Below, piece after piece: positions 1 through 9,102 of a stretch of 64,000 bases of DNA. A model generated the notes under the pieces. The model had not been told where the DNA came from. It saw only the letters and a list, made by a program, of their open reading frames with translations, and ran no database searches. The position numbers were made by a program, and so were the translations under genes. Positions within the stretch are counted from its first letter, which is position 1. Every line of letters starts with the position of its first letter. Source of the DNA: Phycisphaeraceae bacterium (GTDB taxonomy: Bacteria > Planctomycetota > Phycisphaerae > Phycisphaerales > Phycisphaeraceae); assembly GCA_028277745.1 (NCBI GenBank), contig JANQFR010000068.1:110676-174675 (forward strand), in the 5' to 3' direction.

Positions 1-1383
1 CTTCTGCAGGTTCGCCCGCTTGGTCTGTTTGATCAATTCCTCGGCGTTGTCCCCGCCGACCGCCGGCCAATCGCCGGTCTCGATCTTCCCGAGGATCGCG
101 CGGTGGGCGGCGGCGAGCTGCGGGTCTTTCAGCTCTTCCTCGAGCCACGCCGGGGTGATGGTCTCGTCATCATGGTTGCCGTTGGTGCGTAGCAGCTTGT
201 CGCCTTCGCGGCGGACCGTGATCATCTCGCTGACCTCTTCGGGCGTCATCGACACGTAAGCGCCGGGGCTGGGGTCGACCCCCCAGGTGTCCTCGCCTTC
301 CCGCCGATGGATGTTGCGGCCGCTGGGCAGGTAGTAATACGCGTTAGTGATCTTGAGAGCGCCCAGCTCGCTGTCGAGCATCTTCACCTGCTGAACGCTG
401 CCTTTGCCGAACGTCCGGGCGCCGACGAACAGGGCCCGGCCGTTGTCCGACAACGCGCCGGTGAGGATCTCCGACGCCGATGCGCTGGCTTCGTTGGCGA
501 TGATCACGATGGGGATGTCCAGCGCGATCGTGTCATCGGTCGTGGCGTACACCTGCTCGGGCACGTTGCGGCCCTTGATCGACACCACGGTCTTGCCCTC
601 GGGCAGGAACATGTCGGCGATCGCCACCGCGGCGCTCAGCAGCCCGCCGGGGTCGAACCGCACGTCGAGGATGAGCCCCTGGGCCCCCTCGGCGATGAGC
701 TGCTCCACGATCGGCCGAAGCTGCTCCACCGTCGGCTCGCTGAACTGCGTGACGCGGATGTAGCCGATGCGGTTCGCATCGTCCATCATGTAGTCGTAGT
801 CCTGGTTCCTGTCGCGCCGGAAGCCGCGCACGGTCTGGATGTTGATCGTGTCGCGGGTGATGGTGATGTCGGCCTCTTCGCCCGACTCGCGGCGGACCTT
901 GATGGTCACGTCGGTCCCGCGCTCGCCGGTCAGGAGCTTGACCGCGTCGCGCACGTCCATGTCGAGCGTGGACGTGCCGTCGATCTCCAGGATCGTGTCG
1001 CCGGCCATGACCCCCGCGTTCCAGGCGGGCGAGTCCTCGAGCGGGGTGATGATCTTGAGCCGCCCCTCGGCCGTGCTGACCTCGGCGCCGATGCCCGAGA
1101 ACGAGCCCCGCACGTGCCGCTCGAAGCCCTCCAGCTCGTCCTTGGGCAGGTACTGGGTGTACGGGTCGTTGAGCGAATCGATCATCCCGCGGACCGCGGC
1201 CTCGACCATCGCGTCCTGGTCGGGTTCTTCGACGTAGCCGTTGAGGATCTCGTGCCGCACGTCCACCAGCAGGTCCAGGTGCGACCAGACGCTGTTCTGG
1301 CGGGCGAAGGTGTCGGTGAGCAGCAGCAATAACGCGGCCAGAACGACAATCACGACGAGTCGAAACTTAAACATCGGCTTCAT
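1..1383 (-). CDS. C-terminal processing peptidase (S41 family, tail-specific protease), partial: 3' end runs off window start
   Basis: Minus-strand translation from ATG at 1383 gives MKPMFKFRLVVIVVLAALLLL (signal/TM), then a PDZ-like region and the S41 motif IANEASASASEILTGAL...GARTFGKGSVQ. The + strand ORF 307..1332 is its antisense shadow. Confidence 0.8.
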   Translation of the reverse strand, partial: MKPMFKFRLVVIVVLAALLLLLTDTFARQNSVWSHLDLLVDVRHEILNGYVEEPDQDAMVEAAVRGMIDSLNDPYTQYLPKDELEGFERHVRGSFSGIGAEVSTAEGRLKIITPLEDSPAWNAGVMAGDTILEIDGTSTLDMDVRDAVKLLTGERGTDVTIKVRRESGEEADITITRDTINIQTVRGFRRDRNQDYDYMMDDANRIGYIRVTQFSEPTVEQLRPIVEQLIAEGAQGLILDVRFDPGGLLSAAVAIADMFLPEGKTVVSIKGRNVPEQVYATTDDTIALDIPIVIIANEASASASEILTGALSDNGRALFVGARTFGKGSVQQVKMLDSELGALKITNAYYYLPSGRNIHRREGEDTWGVDPSPGAYVSMTPEEVSEMITVRREGDKLLRTNGNHDDETITPAWLEEELKDPQLAAAHRAILGKIETGDWPAVGGDNAEELIKQTKRANLQK

Positions 1384-1488
1384 GAGGTTCTCGAAAAGGC
1401 GGGGGAGGGTCCGGTCCGAGCGACACATCATCATACGCCATCCACGGGCCGATCGTTCGCTTTCCATCCCAGATGCTATGCTCGGGAG

Positions 1489-2853
1489 ATGGCCAAACGG
1501 ACCGTGCAATTCATCTGCCGCTCGTGCGGGGCGGTGCAGGCCCGATGGATGGGCAAATGCCCGGAATGCGGGGCCTGGGACGCCTTGGAGGAGTACGTCG
1601 CCGACAAATCAGCGGCGCTCGACGCGCCCCGCGGCGGGGCGGCGGCCGAGCCGGTCGAGGCGGTCAAACTCCGCGAGATCGACGGCGACGGGGCCGGCCC
1701 CACACGGGTCGCGACCGGCATCGGCGAGTTCGATCGGGTCCTCGGCGGCGGGCTGGTCCCCGGCTCGGCGGTCCTCGTCGGCGGCGATCCGGGCATCGGC
1801 AAGTCCACCCTCCTGCTCCAGGCCGCCCACCGCCTCGCCCACGCCGGCCAACGCGTCCTCTACGTCACCAGCGAGGAGTCCGCCCAGCAGCTGCGGCTCC
1901 GCGCCCAGCGCCTCGCGGAGAACCCGCCCGATGACCTCTACATCCTCGCCGACACCAACCTCGCCCGCATCCTCGAGCAGGCCCGCAAGCTCCAGCCGAC
2001 TGTCTGCGTGATCGACTCGATCCAGATGATCTACAAGGGCGACCTCGCCGCCTCCCCCGGCAGCGTCACCCAGCTCCGGGCGTGCTGCATGGAACTGGTC
2101 TACCACGCCAAGGCCCACGCCGCGGCCATGCTCATGGTCGGCCACGTCACCAAGCAGGGCGCCCTCGCCGGCCCCCGGCTGCTCGAGCACATGGTCGACG
2201 CCGTGCTCTACTTCGAGGGCGACCGCTACCACGCCCACCGCATCGTCCGCGGCATCAAGAACCGGTTCGGCGCCACGCTCGAGGTCGGCCTCTTCGAGAT
2301 GACCGGCGCCGGGCTGCAGGAGGTCGCCGACGGCGCGGGCCTGCTCGCCGCCGAGTACGAAAGCCGCCCCGGCAGCGTGGTCTGCCCGATCCTCAGCGGC
2401 TCCCGCTGCCTCCTGCTCGAAGTCCAGGCCCTGACCGCGACCGGGTTCCTCGGCAGCGTCAAGCGCAAGGTCAGCGGCCTTGACGCGAGCCGGCTGGCGA
2501 TGCTCATCGCCGTGCTCGAGAAGCGGGGCGGGCTCCGCCTGGCCGACCAGGACGTGTTCGCGTCCAGCGTCGGGGGCATGAAGGTCGCCGAGCCCGCCGC
2601 CGACCTGGCCCTCGCCCTCGCGATCGCCGGCGCCCACTACAACCGCTCGGTCGAGCCCGGCGTCGCCGCGGTCGGCGAGATCGGCCTCGGCGGCGAGGTC
2701 CGACGCGCCCAGCAGCTCGACCAGCGCCTCAGCGAAGCCGCCCGCCTCGGCTTCAACCGCGTCATTTGTGCAAACGACCCGGCCAAGCCGCCGAAGAATA
2801 TGCAGTTGATCCAGGTCCGCACCCTCGACCAGGCGCTGCAGGCGATGGGGTGA
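1489..2853 (+). CDS. radA: DNA repair protein RadA/Sms
   Basis: N-terminal C4 zinc finger (CRSCGAVQARWMGKCPECGAW), RecA-like Walker A GDPGIGKSTLLLQ, KNRFG motif and a Lon-protease-like C-terminal domain; 454 aa. Confidence 0.9.
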   Translation: MAKRTVQFICRSCGAVQARWMGKCPECGAWDALEEYVADKSAALDAPRGGAAAEPVEAVKLREIDGDGAGPTRVATGIGEFDRVLGGGLVPGSAVLVGGDPGIGKSTLLLQAAHRLAHAGQRVLYVTSEESAQQLRLRAQRLAENPPDDLYILADTNLARILEQARKLQPTVCVIDSIQMIYKGDLAASPGSVTQLRACCMELVYHAKAHAAAMLMVGHVTKQGALAGPRLLEHMVDAVLYFEGDRYHAHRIVRGIKNRFGATLEVGLFEMTGAGLQEVADGAGLLAAEYESRPGSVVCPILSGSRCLLLEVQALTATGFLGSVKRKVSGLDASRLAMLIAVLEKRGGLRLADQDVFASSVGGMKVAEPAADLALALAIAGAHYNRSVEPGVAAVGEIGLGGEVRRAQQLDQRLSEAARLGFNRVICANDPAKPPKNMQLIQVRTLDQALQAMG

Positions 2854-2856
2854 GGA

Positions 2857-3005
2857 AAAGCAGGAAAGCAGGAAATACAGAAAAGCAGGAAATGCCGAAT
2901 AGCCAGCCATCGCGGGATGTCTCAAGGGCCGACAAACGCCGCCGCATGTCGGCTCGGGCGGTCCTGCTTCTCTTCATTTCCTGCTTTCCTGTTTTCCTGC
3001 TTTTC
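2857..3005. repeat. Imperfect inverted array of AAGCAGG(A)AA octamer repeats (about 4 units on each arm, about 70 bp spacer) spanning radA 3' end and the start of the next gene
   Basis: Left arm aaagcaggaaagcaggaaatacagaaaagcaggaaatg (2857-2894); right arm ttcctgctttcctgttttcctgcttttctgcttttctgc (2967-3005) is its reverse complement. The spacer contains the candidate start codons 2892 and 2949. Confidence 0.6.
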
Positions 3006-4208
3006 TGCTTTTCTGCAGAAGCCCAGCTTCTGCAAGCAGACTGGATCGACGAGAACAACCGGCGCATCGCCGACGCCCGGCAGACGGCCGTCCGGGTGAT
3101 CGTGCTCGATGAGAAGGGCGTCGCCCAGGCCGGCGTCCCCGTGCAGATCCAGCAGATCAGCCGCGACCTGCCCATCGGCTTCACGATCGGCCGCGACGGC
3201 TTCGAGGGCCTCGACCTCGACCAGCCGGTCTGGCGCGTCTTCAACGCCGTGGCGCTCGACCGGGTGACGCGGTGGGCCATCACCCAGCCCACGCCCGACG
3301 TGCGCGAGGACCTCACGCCCGCGATGTGGATCGTCGACGAGGCCCAACGCCGCGGCATGACCGTGCGCTGGGGCGGCATCGTCTCGGCCGACCCCGCCCA
3401 AAACCCCGACTGGCTCCTGGGCCTGACCGACCGCCTGCTCGAACAACTCCTGGACCTGCACGTCGCCGAGGTGCTCGAAGACTTCGGCCCGCGCGTCGGC
3501 CAGTTCGACATCTACACCGACAACCTCAGCCACCGCTTCATCGAGGACCGCCTCGGCCACGCCATGGTGCGCCGGCTGTACGAGCGCTCGAAAGCCATCG
3601 CCCCCCACGCCGCGATGTGCATGCGCTTCAACGACTCGCTCACCGGCCAACGCCTGCCCGCGATGGTCCGGGCCGTCACCGCCATGCGCGAGGACTTCAT
3701 CCCCGCCGACCTGATCGCCATCGAGCAGCGGATCGAGGGCAAGGTTAACCGCACCCCGCTCCGCCGGGCGCTGGAATGGATCGGCCGGCTGGGCATGGGC
3801 GTGGTCCTGGTCGACCTCGAGGTCGGCGGGGGCAGCGATGCGGCCGCCGCGGTCAACCTCGAGACCCTGTTCCGCGTGGTCATGGCCGACCCCAACGTCC
3901 AGGGCGTCTGGATGGGCCCGATACACGCCGGCGACGTGACCGACCCCGCCGCGGCCCTGCTCGACGCCGACGGCAGGCCCACCGCGTTGGGTGAGTTGTT
4001 CGATCGCCTTTTCACCGAGCTGTGGCGGACCGATGAACTGCTCAAGACCGACGAACTGGGCAACGCCCAGACCCCCGTTTTCGCCGGCGCCCATCAGATC
4101 ACCGCACTGCTCCCCGACGGCCGCGCGATCGAGACCACCGTCTGGGTCCCGCGCGACGACGAGGTGCGCGTCATCATCCTCCAGCCCCTCGCGCCCGCTG
4201 CGCGTTGA
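2949..4208 (+). CDS. Secreted putative glycoside hydrolase, distant GH10-like TIM barrel with an N-terminal beta-sandwich module
   Basis: Signal peptide MSARAVLLLFISCFPVFLLFCFSAEA. The N-terminal VRVIVLDEKGVAQAGVPVQIQQ module parallels the GH10-like protein at 10760. Weak GH10-like motifs (FNAVALDRVTRW; VLVDLEV). An alternative start at 2892 would give a long charged N-region. Confidence 0.45.
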   Translation, partial: SARAVLLLFISCFPVFLLFCFSAEAQLLQADWIDENNRRIADARQTAVRVIVLDEKGVAQAGVPVQIQQISRDLPIGFTIGRDGFEGLDLDQPVWRVFNAVALDRVTRWAITQPTPDVREDLTPAMWIVDEAQRRGMTVRWGGIVSADPAQNPDWLLGLTDRLLEQLLDLHVAEVLEDFGPRVGQFDIYTDNLSHRFIEDRLGHAMVRRLYERSKAIAPHAAMCMRFNDSLTGQRLPAMVRAVTAMREDFIPADLIAIEQRIEGKVNRTPLRRALEWIGRLGMGVVLVDLEVGGGSDAAAAVNLETLFRVVMADPNVQGVWMGPIHAGDVTDPAAALLDADGRPTALGELFDRLFTELWRTDELLKTDELGNAQTPVFAGAHQITALLPDGRAIETTVWVPRDDEVRVIILQPLAPAAR

Positions 4209-4217
4209 CGCGCCCCC

Positions 4218-4247
4218 GAAGCCCGGGGATTGTAATCCCCGGGCTTC
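4218..4247 (+). terminator. Perfect 12-bp stem hairpin after the GH10-like gene, with no U-tract
   Basis: gaagcccgggga-ttgtaa-tccccgggcttc, 10 nt after the stop codon. Confidence 0.35.
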
Positions 4248-4384
4248 CGGTAGCGGGTCAGTCTGAAATCACACCATGCCAAATTCACCCCACCGCCATC
4301 GCCTCATCTTTGGCAAGGGTCTGCAGCGCCATCATGATGGTTATCCCCAGCGGCGCTCACTGGAGTTGGCTTTATCGTAAAACC

Positions 4385-4903
4385 ATGGTTATGTCCCATA
4401 CGCAAAAATGCCCCGACGCAGATTTCCGCATCCGTCCGCTCAAGCCGGACGACGAGCCGTTCCTATGGAAGGCTCTTTATCACGCGATCCACGTTCCGAC
4501 CGGCCAAGTCGCTCCACCGCCTGAGATCGTTCATGACGCAGCGCTAGCCCGTTATGTTTCGGCATGGATGTGTCGGACGGGAGACCTCGGCTTCATCGCC
4601 GAGAAATCTCCAGAGCCGGTGGGCGCGGCTTGGCTTCGGCAATGGTCGGATGATCAACGCGGGTTTGGATTCATCGACGAAATGACGCCTGAACTGTCGA
4701 TGTCGGTACTACCGAACCACCGGGGTGAAGGTATCGGAACTCAGCTTCTTCGTCGTCTGTTATCGGCAGCGGACGAACGGTTTGATCGTGTGAGTTTGAG
4801 TGTCGCGGAGACTAATCCAGCCCGGCGGCTGTACGAACGCGAGGGGTTCATATCCGTCGGCCAGGTCCACGATGGTTCGATGACCATGATGCGAAAGCTC
4901 TAA
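4385..4903 (+). CDS. GNAT family N-acetyltransferase
   Basis: Acetyl-CoA binding core HRGEGIGTQLLRRLL...RLYEREGF; start taken at ATG 4385 (MVMSHTQKCP), because the upstream part of the ORF looks non-coding. Confidence 0.75.
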   Translation: MVMSHTQKCPDADFRIRPLKPDDEPFLWKALYHAIHVPTGQVAPPPEIVHDAALARYVSAWMCRTGDLGFIAEKSPEPVGAAWLRQWSDDQRGFGFIDEMTPELSMSVLPNHRGEGIGTQLLRRLLSAADERFDRVSLSVAETNPARRLYEREGFISVGQVHDGSMTMMRKL

Positions 4904-4978
4904 CACAAGATGTGACACAACCAACCGCATGAGAAACGGCAAGATTCCAACTGCCCCACTACCGGGTTTCCGGTCGAT

Positions 4979-5036
4979 GCTTAGCCGGCGGGCTACGCCC
5001 GCCTGGTCCGGGGCCGCGCAGCGACCCGGCTAAGCC
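4979..5036. repeat. Repeat family B: structured palindromic element (GCTTAGCCGG..CGGGCTACGCCCG..CCGGCTAAGC), copy 1
   Basis: Near-identical inverted copy at 20707-20764 and a short copy at 22423-22457; all sit at gene 3' ends. Confidence 0.6.
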
Positions 5037-5041
5037 ACCCC

Positions 5042-5917
5042 CTATCTCTCACCGCCCCGCGCCCGATAGGCGCGGGGCGGCTGGCCCATGACCTGGCGGA
5101 ACTGGCGGATGAACTGGGCCGGCCCGGCGTACCCGAACTGGTCGGCGATGACGTAGACCGGCAGGTCGGTTTGTTCGAGGAGGACCGCGGCCTCCTCCAG
5201 CCGGCGGCGGTTGAGCCAGACGCGCGGGCAGACGCCGAACGTGATCCGGAACCGCCGGCTGAAATAGTCCGGGCTGAGCATTAACACGTCGGCGAGGTCG
5301 GCGGGCGTCAGGTGGCCCGCGCCATCGGCGCGGACGCGATCGAGCAGCCGGGCCTGCTGGGCGCGCGTGAAACCCCTGGTCGACGCGTCGCCGGGCTGCT
5401 CCCACCGCCACAGGTCAATCGTCAGCCCGACCAGCAGCGCCCGCAGGCGGGCCTCGTGATGCGGCCCGCCGAGTTGAACCTCGTCGGCGATCCGGTCGAG
5501 TGTCCGTTTGTGTTCGCCGCATCCGTGATGCACGCGGGCCCGCCCCGTGAAGCACAGGTGACGGCCCGCCCGGATCACGGCGAAGTACACCTCCGCGAAG
5601 CGGAAGTGATCGGTCCAGCGGAGGCTGTGAGGTGTTCCCGGCGGGACCCAGCTGAGCATGCCGGGCTCGAGCACGACGTCCTCCCCCGCCACGGTTCCGA
5701 CGCTGCGTCCTTCCAGGGCCAGGAGGACCCAGTGGGCGTCGGCGCGTCGCCCCAAGCACGACCAGCCGTCGTCGCGCACGCCCGTGCCGACGCAGCGGCG
5801 GTGGACCCGCACCTCCGCCGCCCCGCCCGCCAGCGCCGCCAGCCACGGCTCGTCGCCCACCAGGCGACGGGGCAGGTGGACGTTCGATAGATCTACGTTT
5901 GGCGCATACATTTTCAC
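5042..5917 (-). CDS. AraC family transcriptional regulator (cupin sensor plus C-terminal HTH)
   Basis: C-terminal AraC-type HTH (LADVLMLSPDYFSRRFRITFGVCPRVWLNRRRLEEAAVLLEQTDLPVYVIADQFGYAGPAQFIRQFRQVMG); divergent from the GRE activase gene. Confidence 0.85.
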   Translation of the reverse strand: MKMYAPNVDLSNVHLPRRLVGDEPWLAALAGGAAEVRVHRRCVGTGVRDDGWSCLGRRADAHWVLLALEGRSVGTVAGEDVVLEPGMLSWVPPGTPHSLRWTDHFRFAEVYFAVIRAGRHLCFTGRARVHHGCGEHKRTLDRIADEVQLGGPHHEARLRALLVGLTIDLWRWEQPGDASTRGFTRAQQARLLDRVRADGAGHLTPADLADVLMLSPDYFSRRFRITFGVCPRVWLNRRRLEEAAVLLEQTDLPVYVIADQFGYAGPAQFIRQFRQVMGQPPRAYRARGGER

Positions 5918-6110
5918 TCCTCGCGCGATTGCCCGGATGGCCTTACATAATCATAATATTACCAGATTTTCCGGACGTTTTGGAGTCTTCGCCCGCCGCT
6001 CATGAGGCCGATGACCGGGCCTTGCCCCCACAATTGGCGCAATTTTCCAAACAGGCCATCCCGCGCCCGGCGCGGCCCGCGCACACCGCGACGCCGCGGC
6101 CGATCCTCAC
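5918..6110. promoter_or_regulatory. Divergent intergenic region between araC-like and the GRE-activase operon, with an AT-rich patch
   Basis: Embedded AT-rich segment ggccttacataatcataatattaccagattttccgg in otherwise 70% GC DNA; candidate divergent promoters and AraC operator. Confidence 0.35.
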
Positions 6111-6884
6111 ATGGACACCACCGAAACCAACCTCACGCTCCGGGTTCAGCGCATTCAACGGTTCTGCCTGCACGACGGGCCGGGCATCCGCACCACGGTG
6201 TTCGCGCAGGGCTGCGGCCTGCGGTGCTGGTGGTGTCACAACCCGCAGACGCATCCGCCGCGCGGCGCCGGCTCGCGCGGCTGGCCGATCGGGGCGTTGG
6301 CCGATGAGCTCGAGCGCGACCGCCGGTTCTTCGACCGCAGCGGCGGCGGGGTGACGCTGTGCGGCGGCGAGCCGCTGCTCCAGCCCGACGCGGCGGCGGC
6401 GCTGCTGGCTGAACTGGGCCGGCGGGGCGTTCACCGCACGATCGACACCGCGGGGCACGCGCCCCGCCGCGCGGTTGAGCAGGCGGCGCCGCACGCGGAC
6501 CTGTGGCTCTGGGACATCAAGCACACGGACGCCGACCGGTTCTTCCGGGGGACCGGCGGCGACGTGCGCCGGCCGCTGGACAACCTTCGCTGGCTGCTGC
6601 GGAATTACGCGACGCCGGTGCGGGTCCGCGTGCCGGTGATCGCGGGCTTCAACGACGACCCCGAAGCGATCTCGGGCATCGGCGATCTCCTCGCGTCGTT
6701 GCCGCGCGCGGTGGAGATGGAATTGCTGCGCGGGCACGACACGGGCCGCGACCCCCAGGCCCGCGGCGCCAGGTCGTCGTGCGTCAGCGACGAGCGGTTT
6801 CACCAGGCCGGCCGGTTGCTAGACGCCATGGGCCTGTCCGTTGGCGGCGTCCCCGCCGCCGCGGCGCCGGACAACAGCTCTTGA
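6111..6884 (+). CDS. Glycyl-radical enzyme activating protein (radical SAM, PflA-like short form)
   Basis: CxxxCxxC cluster motif GCGLRCWWCHNP, SAM-binding LCGGEPLLQ, 257 aa, no extra ferredoxin-like insert; overlaps the next ORF. Confidence 0.85.
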   Translation: MDTTETNLTLRVQRIQRFCLHDGPGIRTTVFAQGCGLRCWWCHNPQTHPPRGAGSRGWPIGALADELERDRRFFDRSGGGVTLCGGEPLLQPDAAAALLAELGRRGVHRTIDTAGHAPRRAVEQAAPHADLWLWDIKHTDADRFFRGTGGDVRRPLDNLRWLLRNYATPVRVRVPVIAGFNDDPEAISGIGDLLASLPRAVEMELLRGHDTGRDPQARGARSSCVSDERFHQAGRLLDAMGLSVGGVPAAAAPDNSS

Positions 6885-6903
6885 AAACAAAAGGAACTCG
6901 ACG

Positions 6904-9102
6904 ATGGTCTCGGCTCCGACCGCTCCGGAAATCTCAATGACCCCGATCCTCCAGGCATCGCAGCAGCGCCTGTTCGGCGCCGCCGACGGCGTGTGCCTCG
7001 AACGCGCCCGGCTCGTGACCGAGGCGTGGCGCCGCGGTGAAAACGACCCCACGCCCGTGAAACGCGCCCAGGCGCTCGCCCACGTGCTTCGCCGCATGAC
7101 CCTGGACGCCGACACCAACCCCGTCTTCGCCGGGGCGATGTCCAGCGGTCCGCGCCGGTGGATGCTGATCCCCGAGCACGGCTTCCAGGTCATGGGGCAG
7201 GTCGAAATCGAGCACGATGACCTGCGCGGCTTCCTCGACGACAAAATCCCCGAAGACCTGCGCGCCTTCTGGGCCGGCCGCAGCGGGCCCGGCGGGATGG
7301 GCCACCTCGCGGTGGATCAGGACATCGTGGTCAACCGGGGCCTGCGGTCGGTGATCGACGAACTGGCGGCGTATGACGACGACCGTGACGCCCGGCGCCG
7401 CGGCTATCGCCGGGCGATGCGGATCGCTCTGGAAGCGGTGATCGACTGGTCGCACCGCTGGGCGGACCGGGCCGCGCAGAGGGCCGAGGCCGAGCGTGAC
7501 CCCGCGGCCGCCGCGTATCACCGGCGGGTGGCCGAGGCGTGCCGGCGGGTCCCGGAACACCCGGCCCGCGACCTGTTCGAGGGGCTGCAGGCGATGGCGC
7601 TGGTTCATTCGGCGATCCACCTGGAGGGGCATCACATGTCGGTGTCGGTCGGGCTGCCCGACCGGGCGTTGGCGCGGTTCGCCGACGAGGCCGCCGCCGA
7701 CCCAAACCGCGCGGCCGACCTGTGCGCCGCCTTCGCGCTGAAACTTGCGGAGAACGCTTACACCGGCAAGGGGTCGCTGACGCAGTGCATCACGATCGGC
7801 GGGGCGGACCATCGCGGCGCCGACCAGACCAACGCCGTGACCCACGCGTTCCTTGAGAGCTTCGACCGCGTCGCGGTGTCGGACCCGCATCTTTTTTTGC
7901 GTTGGCATGAGAACCTGGCGCCGGCGGTGAAAGCGAAAGCCGCGGCCATGCTCGCCCGGGGCCGGAGCATGCCGCTGCTGGTAAACGACGAGCCGACCGC
8001 GGGCGGGCTGCTCGACGCCGGCGTCGCGCCGGCCGACGCCTGGGGCTACTGCGTCATCGGGTGCAACGAGTTGGGCGTCCCGGGCCGGCTTTTTGACTCG
8101 GCCGTGCCGATCGGCTGCTCGTTCAACGACCTGTCGCTTCTCAATCAACTGCTGATGGACGATCAGGACGGCGGTTGTCTGGCGAGCATGGAGGCGTTGG
8201 CCGCGGCGTTGGAGGAGCGATACGCCGCCCACCTCGAGCCGTTGCTGCGGCGGCGGCCAGAGACGAAACAGCGCATCGCGGAGACGTTCCCGACGCCGTT
8301 CACCTCCGCGTTGATGATCGACGGCCCCCGCCGCGGGTGCGACCTGATGGCGGGCATGCCCTACGACATCCCCTGCTGCTACACCCGCGGGCTGGCCAAC
8401 GCCGCCAACGCGCTGGCGGCGATCGAGCGCGTCGTGTTCGAGGACCGGGCGATGACGCCGGCGGCGTTGATCGATGCGCTGCGCGACGATCTGGCCGACC
8501 CGGCGGCCGCCGATCGGCTCGCGGCCGCGCCGAAGTGGGGCAATGATGACGACCGTGCCGACCGCTGGGCTTTGACGTTGACGGCGATGCGGGACCGGGC
8601 CCTGGACCGCCTGGCCGCGGCGGGTCTGCCGCGGCCGGTGGTCTGCCACGTGGTGCGGAGCCTGCATCACGTGGACGGCCGGCGGCTCGCCGCCTCGCCC
8701 GACGGCCGCCGCGCCGGCGAGCCCGTGGGCGACAGCCTCGGGGGTGTCTGCGGCACGATGAAGGAAGGGCCCACGGCGACGCTCGCCAGCGTCCTGAAGC
8801 TCGACGCGCGGCGCCAATTCGCCGGGGGCACGAACCTCAATCTGACGCTCCATGCCGGCCAGGCCGACCCGGTGATCCTGAGCGCATTGATCGAGGGTTT
8901 CTTCGACGGCGGCGGCCAGGAACTTCAGGTCGCGGTGCTTCACGCCGACACGCTGCACGCGGCCCGCGCTTGCCCGCAACGCTTCGCCGACCTGGTCGTG
9001 CGCATCGCCGGGCTCAACGCTCGCTTTATCGAGTTGTCGGCGGCAGAACAGGATGAACTCATCCGCCGGGCCGAAGAAGCCGAAGCAGGAGCTCCCGCTT
9101 GA
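6904..9102 (+). CDS. Glycyl radical enzyme, PFL2/eliminase-type (divergent, 733 aa)
   Basis: PFL2-type N-terminus (LERARLVTEAWRRGENDPTPVKRAQALAHVLRRMTLDADTNPVFAG), active-site loop VIGCNELGVPG (Cys-x-Glu), C-terminal glycine radical domain LVVRIAGLNARFIELSAAEQDELIRR; SD aaggaa 8 nt before ATG 6904. Confidence 0.8.
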   Translation: MVSAPTAPEISMTPILQASQQRLFGAADGVCLERARLVTEAWRRGENDPTPVKRAQALAHVLRRMTLDADTNPVFAGAMSSGPRRWMLIPEHGFQVMGQVEIEHDDLRGFLDDKIPEDLRAFWAGRSGPGGMGHLAVDQDIVVNRGLRSVIDELAAYDDDRDARRRGYRRAMRIALEAVIDWSHRWADRAAQRAEAERDPAAAAYHRRVAEACRRVPEHPARDLFEGLQAMALVHSAIHLEGHHMSVSVGLPDRALARFADEAAADPNRAADLCAAFALKLAENAYTGKGSLTQCITIGGADHRGADQTNAVTHAFLESFDRVAVSDPHLFLRWHENLAPAVKAKAAAMLARGRSMPLLVNDEPTAGGLLDAGVAPADAWGYCVIGCNELGVPGRLFDSAVPIGCSFNDLSLLNQLLMDDQDGGCLASMEALAAALEERYAAHLEPLLRRRPETKQRIAETFPTPFTSALMIDGPRRGCDLMAGMPYDIPCCYTRGLANAANALAAIERVVFEDRAMTPAALIDALRDDLADPAAADRLAAAPKWGNDDDRADRWALTLTAMRDRALDRLAAAGLPRPVVCHVVRSLHHVDGRRLAASPDGRRAGEPVGDSLGGVCGTMKEGPTATLASVLKLDARRQFAGGTNLNLTLHAGQADPVILSALIEGFFDGGGQELQVAVLHADTLHAARACPQRFADLVVRIAGLNARFIELSAAEQDELIRRAEEAEAGAPA

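Noticed and set aside
307-1332. 341-aa + strand ORF at the window start
   Set aside because: Gly/Asp/Val/Arg-rich shadow ORF antisense to a clear S41 protease gene on the minus strand.
1609-2925. 438-aa minus-strand ORF overlapping radA
   Set aside because: Antisense shadow of radA, with low-complexity Ala/Gly/Arg composition.
2857-3005. Possible CRISPR-like array
   Set aside because: Only two inverted arms of short tandem octamers; no spacer-repeat periodicity and no cas genes.
2922-4094. 390-aa minus-strand ORF
   Set aside because: Antisense to the signal-peptide-bearing GH10-like gene; typical high-GC shadow frame.
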